Source: the human T2T-CHM13v2.0 reference genome, Homo sapiens
DNA: 64,000 bases
Assembly (NCBI RefSeq): GCF_009914755.1
Contig: NC_060934.1
Reading direction: 5' to 3' (one strand)
The notes beneath the pieces were generated by a model that made no database searches, was not told the origin of the DNA, and saw only the letters and a list, made by a program, of their open reading frames with translations. Shown one piece after another: positions 1-13,200 of this stretch (its first letter is position 1; each line of letters starts with the position of its first letter). The translations under genes and the position numbers were made by a program.

Positions 1-145
1 ATGCTAGATGGAGGAATATACTTTGGAAACAATGTGGAGGGGGTGAGATTCAGGACTAAGAATGTTCACTGCCGAAACATAGCTGTGGGAGGAAATTTTT
101 TTCATAGCAGTTTCAGCTGATTACTAAAGAGAGTAAACATAGTCT

Positions 146-180
146 ACACACCACACACACAAACACACACACACACACAC
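146..180. repeat. Imperfect (CA)n microsatellite
   Basis: acacaccacacacacaaacacacacacacacacac read directly. Confidence 0.95.
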
Positions 181-1474
181 GATCTGTGTATTAATCTATG
201 ATAAACATTAAGGCTTCCTAAATTCCTAAATGAACCAATTGCACATCTTCCACCCATCACTTCACTGTTTGGACGTTTACAAAACCTAATGATGGACAAG
301 TTTGTTCTTTCCTCAATTGAATGTCATCATGCATATCCAAATTGTGTTTCCATTGGAAATTCAGATCTGTTCCTAAATATGGTGCCAGGGAGAGCTTCTC
401 CTTTCCTTGTTGAGGGTAGACTGGAACGGGACGAGGCAGGTTCCAGGGCCGGCAGTAGGGCTGCGGGCACTCACTTTGGCTGGAGCCAAGGGAGGCTCTG
501 GACAAGGATCCTCCATCGCCAGGCCGTGTCTTTGTCCTGTGCTCTCCAGTTTTCTTGGGACTGCAGAAAACTTCGGAGTAATTGGATCCTTGGAATTCCT
601 GCACCTGGCCCATTTGCCACAGTTTGTATTTCACTCATGTCCCTTGGATTTCCCAGGTCTCTCTTGGTCCTGTGTTCCTAACCCTGCAGCGTGTTCTTTC
701 ATCCAATCGGTAAACAAGTAGTCCCTCCGGCTCCTGCACAAATGCCAGTGCATGGATTGGCCATTAAGAAAGCCTGTTGTGGGAGCTGTTGCCCGTCCTT
801 CCGGGAAGGAAGCACATCCCCAGTATGATGTCCTCTGCTCCCTTGTCCCAGGGTTGGGACTCGCGTGTCCCTTAGAACCAGGTCTTTTGACTTTCCTGGT
901 GTGTGCTACTGCTGCTTCCTTTAGTGTTCAGTGATTTGTCTGTAACTCTCCATTAATGTCTCTGATTTCATTTCACACTTAAGCAAACTGGAACCCTTTG
1001 TGGATCCACAAACAGAGGAGGGGTGCTCTGGGACTGTCACCCCTTGGTAAGTGGAGTGGCCTTGGAGGGGAGGCCAGGCTAGCAGTGGGGACCTCCTGTC
1101 TGCCTGGAGCTGCTCTCTTGGTGGGTCTGGGATCAGGGCACCCCAAAGCCCACTAGGTCTGTCATGGGAGGAGATGGGCATGTCAACAGCCCTCTGTGAC
1201 TCATGGACTGTTCAGCCCTGCAAGGACCTGGGTTGACCACAGTTTGAACCTAAAGTTTCCAGAAAACGGTAGGCTGGCTGCCAGGATCTTCCTGGTGGTA
1301 TGAGAGACGCTGGTTGTCTCTCCATAGGTGACACTCCACCTGTAAGTTCCCTTCATTCAGGAAATAAATTAAACTCCCCTGAAGGGAATGGCCTAAGTCA
1401 TATTTTCCAAGAGGAAGAATGAAGTAAGACAGACAGAAAGACAACTTGATTTCACATCTGGGTTTGGGACTTAG

Positions 1475-1590
1475 AAAGAAAGGACAAGAAGAAAGGAGGA
1501 AAGGAAGAAAAAAAGGAAGGAAGACAGTAAAGAGAGAAAGGAATGAGTAAAGGAAAGAAGGAAGAAAATGAGGGAGGGCAAAGAAACTAA
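1475..1590. repeat. GA-rich low-complexity purine tract
   Basis: Degenerate GGAA/GAAA run (aaagaaaggacaagaagaaaggaggaaaggaag...). Confidence 0.8.
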
Positions 1591-2336
1591 GGGGACTCGT
1601 TGGAACTGAGATACAATCTTATATTATTTTTATGTGAAACTTTTTGGTAATAGCTACTATTTATTTGTAAGCATGTCTTAATCAAATGTGCAATTAAGTC
1701 AATAGAAACAACCTGGGTTGACCTTGACATAGTTTATAACTTTCATTGTCTGAATGATGGCCCATACAGTCCTCATGTGACATGTGATGATCCCCAAATA
1801 TGCTTGACAGGTGGGGGTGACTACATGTGTTTCCCAAACCATAACATTCAAAGGTATCTGCATGTCGGGACCCAGAGAGGTAGGAACACCACAGGTGTGA
1901 TGTCAGTAGGCCACACCATCATCCTCAGGGAGGATTCAGGGCAGTGGAGTGAAGCCCCATGACCTCTGAAAACTCCCTGGTCTGTGTCAAGTGTTGCCTC
2001 CCTGAGCATTCTTTAGATGGGGCATAGCTTCGGGTAAGTCCCCACCTGGGACTCTCTGGGCCTCATCTTCCTCATTTGCAAATGATGTCATGAACAGCAT
2101 TCAATAAATAGAATCTATCGGGCTGGGCGTGATCATATCTTGAAGACTGGCTCTTGAATATTATGCTAGCTTGTTCAGAAGCGGTTTTCACTTAGTTTTA
2201 ATTGGTTTTGTTTTTGTGTAGAATGCAATTTCATACAAGAAGTCTATTTTAATTGTGTAGCACCCCTAGAAATCTCAAAAAATGTTCGAGTTCAGTGAGA
2301 TTTTATTAAAGTCCCAGGTTATTAAAATCACTTTTA

Positions 2337-2685
<349 letters not shown>

Positions 2686-3235
2686 TTATTTGGGCATAAT
2701 TCTTCGTAAAAATGAATGTAATTAAAATTATCACTGGTCAAGAAGTTAGTTAACATTTTGGTATGTCTCTCCAACAAAAGTAGAATGAATCGCCAGCAAG
2801 GATAAATTCTGTAACATAGTAACAGAAAAATAATCTGTTCTGCAGTAGACAAATCTATGGTTATTAGCTATGCTTTTAGGTAAATGGATTGCCAATCATC
2901 AGAAACAAGCCAACAATGAAACACCCAGCCTGGCAGCATCAGAGGCGAAGGCTGGGTTTCCACCCATGGGTTGAGGAACAGAAGATGTCTTGTGTGGTTA
3001 AAGGTGATAAAGACTGGTTCCACTCCCATGATGCCTCCAGTGCTTGGCTTTTTTGCAGCTTTATTGTGGTAATGACTTTTCAGGTATTTTGTGCAATAGG
3101 CTGAAAAGCTGAAGAATGCATTTCCATTTTATGTCAGAAAAGAACTAAGAAAAACGCAGCTCTCAAGGTTTTGACTGGATCTGAGCTGACACTGAGGCTC
3201 TGGCACGCAGAGGAAACGTCATATCTGACATTCTT

Positions 3236-3345
3236 TCACTCATTCACATTCATTTTGCGCATGTGCCCTGGGCAGGATTCTAGCAGCTGGGGATGCCCCC
3301 CCCGAGCAAGGAAAACACCACCCTTCTCTTAGGGAGCTTCTAGTT
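3236..3345 (-). mobile_element. L2 3'-end fragment
   Basis: tcactcattcacattcatt...gggcaggattctagcagctgggga...agggagcttctagttggg resembles the antisense L2 terminus; highly diverged. Confidence 0.45.
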
Positions 3346-4571
3346 GGGATTTTGTTCAGCTGAATTTTAAGAAAGTATGAAAATTTGTATTCTGGATACA
3401 ATCTTTCCCTTTTTCTTTCTAATAAAGAAATGATTGATAATAGGTAAACGTTGTGTAAAATACAGAAAGCACATCTCATGATCAAGCAATCAAACATTTT
3501 CCTAACGTAGCTCGTGCATCTTCTCTTTAAGGGATTTCCGTCAGTGTTGCAAACTGGTGAAAATATATCAGTGCACGGGAAGAAACAGTTAAATGAGGGG
3601 AGTTGCAAATTCAGAATAAATCAGGCTTGCTACCTTGTTAGCAGGTAGGGACAGGAGCTGAACTCCACACAGAGGTGGACAACTGATGGACCTCAGGTTC
3701 CAAGTTGCTTCCTGACCACATGAACACACAGGTATTATGAGATCTCAACAAAGGCTGTTAACATTCCCAATAAATAATAAGTCATGGCTCTGCTACCTCT
3801 TTGTTCTTGAGGCTAGTTAAAAAAGAAAGTCCTGGGGCTGTATTAGCTCCATGGGCAGATGGACCAGGCATCAGGAGCATGAGTGGGGTGGTCTTCAGGC
3901 TGGTCCTTCAGCTGCTGGGATGAGTCTATGGCCACCCAGGAATGTCTATCAGACAGGTGCCTCATGAGCTTCCAGCCTCCTGCTGGCTTCGAGGAGTTCT
4001 CCCAAAAGGGCTACAGAACCTGGCCATGTAGCCCACCCTCTTGGTAAGGGACAAACTCAAGACTCCCTAGGGTTTTGTCATATATTATATGTCCTGTCAC
4101 TCTTTTCTTGTTGACTGAGTTGAAAGGGACCGTCATTTGGGACTCTGCTACTCAGAGATCCGAGGGGAAGTCCTTGAATAAACAATGCTGACAGTCAGCA
4201 TGCTAACGTGTTAAGAAATCTATTTTCCATTTATTATTGGTGACTTAGAATAGTAAAGCCATTTGAAGTTGCTGCTGTCTTCAGGAGACTGCATTAGAGG
4301 GTAATCAGATGACAGTTGACTCGAGTCTCTTACTCAGCAATGATTTTTCATATTTATGCCCTGATCAAATGCCCTTTTCAGGGCTTCTTTTGCCTTTTCC
4401 CAAATTTGAATGTTTAAGATTTCCTGCCATCAAGTCTTTCCAGAGGACAAGTGACCAGGCTTCCTTCCCGATGGTCCTTATCACCCCACGTGGAACCTTT
4501 CGTGAAATAACACATGCTCAGGAAGGCTGCGTCTATGCATCTACACATCCTCGTCTATCTAGATCTACACA

Positions 4572-4936
4572 CAGGAGTCTTCCCCCTTATCTGGAGGGTT
4601 TGCTTCCAAGACCCCCAGTGGGTGCCTAAAACTGTGGACAGTACCGAACTCCATACATGCTATGTTTTTTTTCAATCTGATAACCCAGACAGCTACTAAG
4701 TGACAAGTGGGCAGGGAGCATAAATAAGCTTAGTACGCTGGACCAAAGAATGATTCATGTCCAGAGAGGGACGGAGCAGGATGGCAAGAGACTTTATCAC
4801 GCTACTCAGGATGGGGCACAATTTAAACTTACGAATTGTTTATTTCTGGAATTTTCCATTTGCATTTTTAGACTGCGGTTGACCTTAGGTAACTGAAATT
4901 GTGCAAAGTGAAACCCTGGATACAGGGGAACTACTG
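4572..4936 (-). mobile_element. MER44A-like non-autonomous Tigger (TcMar) DNA transposon
   Basis: Degenerate TIRs caggagtcttcccccttatc ... gatacaggggaactactg followed by TA; internal 'ttgtttatttctggaattttccattt' matches recalled MER44 consensus. Confidence 0.8.
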
Positions 4937-7900
4937 TATCCCTCTCTCTGCAGATCTGTATCTCTCTATATGTAAACACACACAGAATTCTTGCAGAGCC
5001 CACTGAAAGGGATTTACTTTCTTTTTAATATTTTTGAAGGCTGCTTTATGATCCTGTTGACCTGCTATTAGTCGAAGCTTAGCTTTCAGCAAAGGTAATT
5101 AAATTATAAAATCACTGCTGCAATCATCAAACTACTCATAAAATAAGAAATGAAAAAAAAAACCCCTGAAATAAAAATCTTGCAGGCTTCTCTTGCAATA
5201 TTGCTCCCTGATGTTAATTACATTTAAATGGGCGAGTACTATTTTGGTATCATTCATACGCCTCCAAAAGTACTTTCCAGTTTATCATACCTGTCAACCT
5301 CAGTGCATCACTGGCTAATACTTTATTAAGAAAAAAATCATTAGGGAGCCTCTGATCCCATTTAAGTACATTGGGCAGAATGTAAGACTAATTAAAAAGC
5401 ATATTTTTACATTATTAATTTCTGAGTTTCACACTTAATGAATGTGAAATGACAGGGCTACTATTTTTACATTCTGGCACTCTGGGCTTTCTAGTCCGGG
5501 GAATTAAATTCTGGGGATTTTTGCAAAGATGTTGCTTGGGAGATTTGTTTTCAAGGAAGGCTAAGCTTTTTAGCTATGCCTTTTCCTGGGAAATTATACT
5601 AAAGCACATAACAGCCACTTAAAAAGAGTAGTTAAATAGATGTTATTTTTTTCACCATACTGCTATAAAAGTATTTTAGATGAGGTATAAAATATGGTTT
5701 TTAAATGATATTATGATTTGCAAACACTAAAAAATAATTGCAGCGCAGTTGAGAGAGAGAAAACATCTAATCTTTATTGTGTAAGACAATGTGATAAAAT
5801 ATTTTACAGCCAAAAGCTCATTTTGCATCTGGAAAATTGTGTAAACTGATGGAGAAAATCTCATTAAAACTAAAGGTTATTTTTTTTAATATTCTCAGAA
5901 CAAAGCAACACATTCCAACTGCATTTTTCTTTTTTCATATTTATTCAATCAGATAGTCATACAAGTGCCTCACATTCGATATAAATAAAGGCATAAAATG
6001 ACAAGACCATGTAGATGGACAAAGATGAATTATGCCAGGATGCAAAAGATACATGTTAGGAGCAACCGTGGGTGTTCTGCGGGCTCGTTAGCTGTATTCA
6101 GTTGCAGGGATACATTATTAAGTATTAGGTGTTACATTACTTAAAACTTCGCCAGCTGAACGCTGGCTTCCCTTCCTGAGTGTGCACACACAGCCCATTT
6201 TTACAGGGCTATGCAAAGAGCAGGATAGAAAAAAAAAATCCTTTCTTTTTTCCTTTCTTTTTCAAATGTGCTTACAATTACCTCTCTGTATTTTTATTGT
6301 CTTTTTACAAACCACAAACTCACACTGGAGGCAAAGCTTAACTGCTGAGGCTTTCCTCATGTAAATATTAGGAAATTACATTTGTACAAACTGCGGGGCT
6401 TTGTCAATGGGGGCTGGAGAGCCTCCAACACAAATTAATCAGGATAAAGTTGCTCTATGTTGAACATGACCATAGTTTATTTTCTTAAAGTATTAATTTG
6501 TCAACAGCTTCCCTGCCTCGGCGTGGCTCATTTGGAGGGCAGAAGAGGAAGACACAGATGTGGCTGGCGCAAGCTGCATTTTCACCTTGTGGTTTTAGGA
6601 ACCGATTGCAGTTAATCAAAACAAAAGCATGCTTAATTTTTCAGTATGAATGTTCATGTAAACGCGAAATATCATATGACAGAAATGTGAACATACACAT
6701 AGGTGCTTCACAAAGGCTTGTTTTTGGGGGAAAAAAATAAACTAATTTAGTCTGATGTTGAATAATTGGTGTTAGTTTGTGTTTTTAAGAATTTCAAAAA
6801 AAAAATGCTTGCAGAGCCTGCACCTCTAATTTTCTGCTTCTTCTAGAAGCCACTCCATGGGAGCTGCAGCAGAGAGTGACACTCACTGCCTCATGCCTTC
6901 TTGGTCCTAAAACTGTTGTGGTAATTTTAATTATAATCTTGATGTTCTTAAAATATTTTGTTTCTAGTTATGCTTCTGGAATGGAGAATTGTGTGTAACG
7001 ACCTCTATTTTTCAGATTTGCCAAAACAAATTAAGGAAAATGTTCAGCTCTCCCTTTGCCAAATGTTTAATGCTTTTCTATGAAAGCAAATCTTACTTGT
7101 AATGTATATTAAACCCGAAGTAAATAATGCATCCTGTCAGAGGCAAATGCTATTGTGCAAGGAGGAACGGCTACCAATTTTGCTTTTGATAAAAACAGAT
7201 CATAGGAAGGATTTCATCATTCTAAGAGCACCCTCATCTGCCTGGTGATAAAGTCTGCGCATGAGTCTAACACGCCTATCAGAAGGTAACCCCAAGCCCA
7301 GTGAACTCATTCATGTCTTATTGAACCACCTACTTATCAGCCATTTCTTGAAAAAACCCCGAGCATTATGTTGACCAGGTCTCAAAGCTAATGCAAATGA
7401 ACTCTCTAAAATCCCACTTTAATTTTTCCCACCTAGGATTAAGGTATTACAATGATGAACTGATTCCATGGTGGTCCTCTTCTTCCTTCCCCCTCCCCCT
7501 ACCCCAACCCTCTGCTCAAGAACAAGGGCAGATGCAACAACCCTGCCTCTGAAGCTGGCCTGGCTGGGGTGAGGGGCAGAGGTCTCCTCCCCTTAACTCC
7601 TCCTGAAAAGAGCAGCCAGGCTCGGCCAAATCGCTTCTTTTCCCCACTTCATTATGCCTATTTTGAGCGAAAATAGACGTTAAGACGGTTAATAAGAGCC
7701 AATTCCGTATATCCAGATTAACTGGCCTCCACCACCTCTCAGGTTTTCCTGGGTCGTTTATATTAACACACATCTTCAAATATTATCGACGCTCCCCATG
7801 TTTTATTAGTTTGCATTTACATCGTTCACCATTTTATTATTCGAGATTTCCGCTGTTGCCAGGTATTAATCAATGTATTATGCGGTTCACTTGGGCAAGC

Positions 7901-8529
7901 TGTGCAGAGGAGGGTGCCCCTAGGGTTACCACAGTCAAGAGCGAGAAAAGTGTTTTAGACATGTACACAACATGTGGTTTACTATTATCATTAAATGAGG
8001 TGAACTGGGACTCTATACATATGGATTTTGAATTGCATAAATTTTGATTGATATCATTTGAAGACTGAGGCTCTGAAAGGCTAGATTTTGTGAAAGACGA
8101 TACACAGACCAGCTATTACCACATACAATCATACCAGGAAAAGTATCTGAAATGAGCAAGGCAGCTGGCTTTTAAATAGCTAAAACATAACATCAATACT
8201 TATTTTGAATAATGGAAAAAAGAGGTAAAAGATGTTGACCCCTGCCTGACAGGAACACGCTCAAAAGCAGAACTGGTCCCCAGGGACCGCCCCAGCTCCA
8301 CAGTAGCGCCAAGCCCTGCTCTTTCTCCGCCTCTCTGCCTTTCTCAGTACCCCCCACCTCCATTCTCCCCCCTTTTATCTGTCTCAAAAAAAAAAAAAGT
8401 AAATATTTTTTTTGAGCATTAAGCCACTATGGACAAGCGGCTAGAAAAAGAATTTTCACAAATTCAGGAAACACTTGAGAGGTAAAACCAACATCCTGAG
8501 ACAGAAGACAGGCCAGCTTTTGACACCAG

Positions 8530-9790
8530 GTTGGAGCTGCGAGGCCTAAAACGTCCAGCCAGGAAGTGCTTGCCCCTGGTCAGGGCTCCAGAGGCCCCGG
8601 CCAAGGCAGGAGAGCGCAGAACTTTCCACGCGCCACCGCAACCAACAGGCCTCTTCATGGGAAATTGGCTGAAAATGTGCTGACCGGCATAAAACTTTTA
8701 TTAGAATCCGAGAGCAGGAGGCTGAACTTCCAGGGAATGACGGGTCTGGGCGGGCTGGGGAGGGCGCAGCCAGGACCCAGACCGGGGCACTCGGTCCCCC
8801 AGCCGGCCCCCATCCGAGGAGCCTGCGCCCTGCCGTAACTTTGGGGGTCGGCTCCCTGGGCCCCCAGCTCACGATGCCCGCTAGGAGCCGGCGCCGGGGC
8901 GCCCCAAGGCTGCCTCCCCCCGCAGCGCTGCGCAGTGCGCCCTGGTGGGATGGGGACGCTGCACCCCTGAACCCCCCCAAATCCGGCAGGCCTAGGGCTG
9001 GAGGCGCGGAAACCCTCACTCCTGCCGAGCTCCCGAGCGGGACAGACTTTCTGAAAGGGGAAAGGGACATAAATCAGGAAATTAAAAAAAAATAGTTTCT
9101 GCACATTTTCAAAACCCACGTTGCGCTCTCTAAGGTCCTTTTCATTTTAACCAAATCAGGGGGAACTTGTCCTCACAGCGGCGAGGCAGATGGAACAATA
9201 AATCACAGGCGCCGTTGACTGCCTGCAGTGCGCTCTCCACAGCTGTCACTTTTTTGTCTCTTTGGTTTTAGCTGACATGGTTTGAGGTCCACTGTGAACC
9301 AATCTGGACTTTTTTTTACAGTCATATCCATCAAAACGACCAGTGGCCATCAGCCCGCTGCGGCCATCGATCGGGTGGCCCCTGCCCCCGTGCAGGCCGG
9401 CGTGACCCGGCTCCTAGGTGAGGCTGGAGAGAAGGACCTCGTTTTAGCGGATTTTTTCCTTTTTTTTTTTTCTTTTGCCTCCAGCTACAGCTGTGATTTT
9501 CTGAGCAGTCTTGGCTAACGTTATTAAAGTTGCATCAGGATAGATACAGAGCAAAGCAGATAACAGGCTCCGCGCGCGGGAGCTGGAAAGACCGGCAGCC
9601 TCTGGTTCCTGTTGTTGTTTTTTAAGTGCGCGGAGGCGCAGGCGAAACTCGGAGTTTCCAACTCGTTGCTTATTTTGCAAAGTAAACAAGCAAATGTTAT
9701 GTGCATAACCTTCGCTGTCTCGCTAAAGGTCAGCGCGCCCCTGCTCATTTCCCGGGCTGCCTTTTGGGGGCACTCTGATGCCGGGGATTT
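8530..9790. promoter_or_regulatory. CpG island / GC-rich regulatory region
   Basis: Dense CpG (gccggcgccggggcgcc, gcagcgctgcgcagtgcgc, ccgcgcgcggg) not attributable to a repeat; boundaries estimated by eye. Confidence 0.75.
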
Positions 9791-9877
9791 CCTCGGGTGT
9801 TGGGGAAACAAGACGTGCTCGCCTAACAAAGACTCAATCTACAAAGGCTGCAAAACAAAAACATTGATTACATCTGA

Positions 9878-9940
9878 ATTGGAGTGCGGAAGTTTGCTTC
9901 GGGGGTATAAAATATCAGCCCCTTAAGCGCTAAATAGCGA
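9878..9940 (+). promoter_or_regulatory. Candidate TATA-box core promoter
   Basis: gggggTATAAAAtatc (TATAAAA 9906-9912), inverted CCAAT (ATTGG 9878-9882), at the CpG-island edge; motif evidence only. Confidence 0.35.
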
Positions 9941-10213
9941 GAGGGCTGGGCTGGGGCCAGAGTGCCCAGGCGCATTCCATAGACATTTCCTGGAGAGGAA
10001 GATTCCCTGTGGCCGGCTCCTACAGTAGTCACCCAAGACAGGATGGCAGCGAAAATTCAGGAGATAAGAGGCTAGGTTAAAATAAAGTTTCCCTGGAATT
10101 GCGTTTTCTTCCATAGTGGCATGTCACGTTAACATCTTTGAAAGTACTTAGGCAGAGATAATTTCATGTATGCACACAAGTTTGAACACAAGAAAGAACC
10201 AGGCAAGACACAG

Positions 10214-10216
<3 letters not shown>

Positions 10217-10250
<34 letters not shown>
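10217..10250. repeat. (CA)17 microsatellite
   Basis: Perfect CA run read directly. Confidence 0.97.
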
Positions 10251-10253
<3 letters not shown>

Positions 10254-13200
10254 ATATGTGGGAATAGGGAGCTCATAGATACACAATTAAACAAAAATTG
10301 GCTGCTTAAAAATCCCCAGTTAGGTCAGGTTAAATTTATTATATTCTTTTATAGCTGAACTGTATGGTTTTGACTTGAGGTGACAGTTGAAATGCACCAG
10401 AAACCTTTGGAATTTCAGTACTATATATTACTATGAGGAAGAAAATAAAGTTCTACCATTAGAAGGGCTTGCCTTAAATGTTCAAGGAAAAAAGATGTTA
10501 ATTTTTCCCTGCAATCTTTTTCTTAAGTATGGAGTGAGTTACATGGGTAGAACAGCCAGCTAAGTGTAATATCAACATAGCTGGGAAGCATCTGTCCTTG
10601 CTCTGCGTTAGAAATTGTCAGATTGCTGTAATGCAATAGGGGAAGATCGCTCATAGTTTTAAGTGAAAACACCTACTTTGGATAATGTGCATTGTTGTCC
10701 TTCTGAAGAATATCTTCTGGGCAAGATTCAGAGCCAGGTGTATTTTTTGCTATAAGCATTATTGACCATTGATAATGTCCACCAGGACAGAACATGAATC
10801 TTTTTATGCAAGGCTGCCAAAGGCTGTCCAAAGTTCAATTCCAAGTGAGATGGAAAGGGGAGGATTTTTTTCCCCCAGAAAAATTTCTCCATTTTTTGAG
10901 AGGGGTGTATTCATACAGTTCCTTTTGAGTTTTCCTATTCAAATCACCTCTGACTTTAAAAAATAGATTAAATGTGGAATCCACTCTGGAAATGGTATCT
11001 GTGTGCAGTGGCAAATGCCCTGTGCTATGTCAGGTGTCTGCAGTGGATTTTGTAATCCTCGGCACCTTCCTGGCAATCACAGTAAAAAGCGCTCCTTAAA
11101 TTGTGTAGGCCATCAGCAAATGCCCGGAATTACCTCTGACTGGGCCCGGAGCTGAGCAGTGCTCTCTGCTGTCTTATCACTGTTGTAATGACATTGAAAT
11201 ATGCAGTGTCGCCGCAGCCACTCTGCAGGTCAGAGGTACAATTCTCTGTACCATTTCTGGAGCGTGGTCTTGTAAGGAGGCAGCCAGCATCTGGCCTGAC
11301 TGGCTGTGTGGTTGCAGGTGAAGTAGTTTTATTTGGGCACCAAAGGAGAAAAGGCAACACAAAACAAAAAGAACAACCAACAAACAAAAACTTAACTCAA
11401 GTCCTGATAAACAGGCCGTATTTCTGTGTGCTCCCTAATTTCTGTTTGATGGAAATATGCCAGAAGTGTCTAGTTATCAGAATCCAGAGTCAGGGTCTTA
11501 AAGGGCTGGTGTCCAGAGTTACAACTGTATGCATATAAATGCGAGAAATTAATTTCCGATTCCTAGGAAAGCCGTGATAACAGGTTCTGTATTTTTTCAT
11601 TCTTTGGCACAAAGAATTCAAGAAAAGGAGACAATGTCTCAAATTCTGCCCTAACCACAGAGCCACGGTCTTCCAGCTGCGTTCCCAGCACACAGGGGCA
11701 TACTTGAAGGCAGTTAAGGAATCTGCTCTTTGGTTTGCATGACATAGTTTTCAAAGCATCCAAAAAGGAAGCAGAACACCTTTCTGAGCCAGCGTCGTTT
11801 GTCGTTCGGTTCTGGCCTCTATCCGTCCGTCTGCACGCTAGGAGCTCGGTGACCGGCATTGTCAGCTCAAGATGAGATTGTATTTTTCACCGTGACTGAA
11901 AACACTCCCTGATGGTTGGGCAATTGTTTTATTTCTATTTTTCACTTGACTCCAACCCCTAGTGCAAAAGTACCAGAGCAACCAGAGGGTCACTGGAGCT
12001 CGATTTTTCTTGCATTTGTCATCCTGAGGATAGGATTCCTACCTGCTCCTTTAACCAAACGCTTGAGAGCCACAGCAGGGCTGGACAGGATCTCCTCGCA
12101 GGGGATTCTACTGATCAGCACCACGTTTAGGTATTCAACGGAATTTTGCAGATCCCTTCTTGAGACTGCTTATATTTTGCTTTTATTTTATGTGCCAAAT
12201 TTACAACAGAAAAAAAGACATTATTTAGATGTCTGCACTTCTGTCAGGACATAAGACTTAAAGGGGGACAGATTTTTCCTATTTTAGGTCTTCAAAGGAG
12301 CAAAAAGAAAAAAATAACATGGATACTGTATTTCTTCAAGCTTTCTTCTAATGTCTCTTAAATCACTCACCATTTATTAAGTATAAATCCTGCAGTGTGC
12401 TTCCAAGAAGAGTACCCAGAAATGGAACAACAACAACAAAAAAAACAGAGAGGAATTTACAAATAAGTGTTATCCAGGATGGGAGCTTAAGGTTGACCGC
12501 AGTGCAGCGGCTGGATACATGGATGTGTTGTAGGTAGCACGCACAGGTAACCAGCGAACTTGAGCAGTCTGTCCGCTTTCAAGAACCACAGCCAATGCTA
12601 GGTGTGGCTGGTGGTGGCCTTTTTCATGCTATTCACATTACATCCCTTTTTTCTTTTAAAACAGCACGGCCAGCTGTGGCCAGTAATTGCGTGTCTTTGT
12701 TCTAGGGGCTTTCTAAAGAGCTCATCAATAGGGTAAGCATGTATTTGCAGAGTGTTTTTCATCCACTCAAAACAAGTGGGCTGCACCATCACACGAGCCC
12801 TCTTGGCCGGCAAACAGTGCTCCTTGTCCAGGAAGTCAAATGCCTGTAACTGTGAAGAGGGCCGACCCAAGTGTAGAGCCAGCCTTTCTCTTTGCAACAT
12901 TTGAATATCTTAAGTAGAGAGTTGCTGTGAGCAAAATGAAAACATGTCATGTGCCCAGGTGACATTTTGTAGCAAACAAGGACATCACAACCCAGGAAGT
13001 GTTGTATTTTATGCCAACAACAACCTGACAGTTTTCTCTGTAAAGAAAACATGACACTTTTCCAAATATCAGAGGAGGCGTCCACCGCTCAAGGGATTGC
13101 TGTCCTGTCACTGAACTGGAAGGTCGCAGACTGGCTTCATGATTTCTGTGGTTTCACAATGTGGAGGTGGAGGGGTTTGCACGCTGAATGCTGTAGGCTA

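Noticed and set aside
8546-9119. 154-174-aa ORFs in the CpG island
   Set aside because: Expected from GC-rich, stop-poor sequence; overlapping on both strands with no recognisable domain
9418-9484. Ultra-short intron joining donor 9418 to acceptor 9484
   Set aside because: 67 nt (73 nt to the next AG) is at or below the usual human minimum; the sites more likely serve different junctions or none
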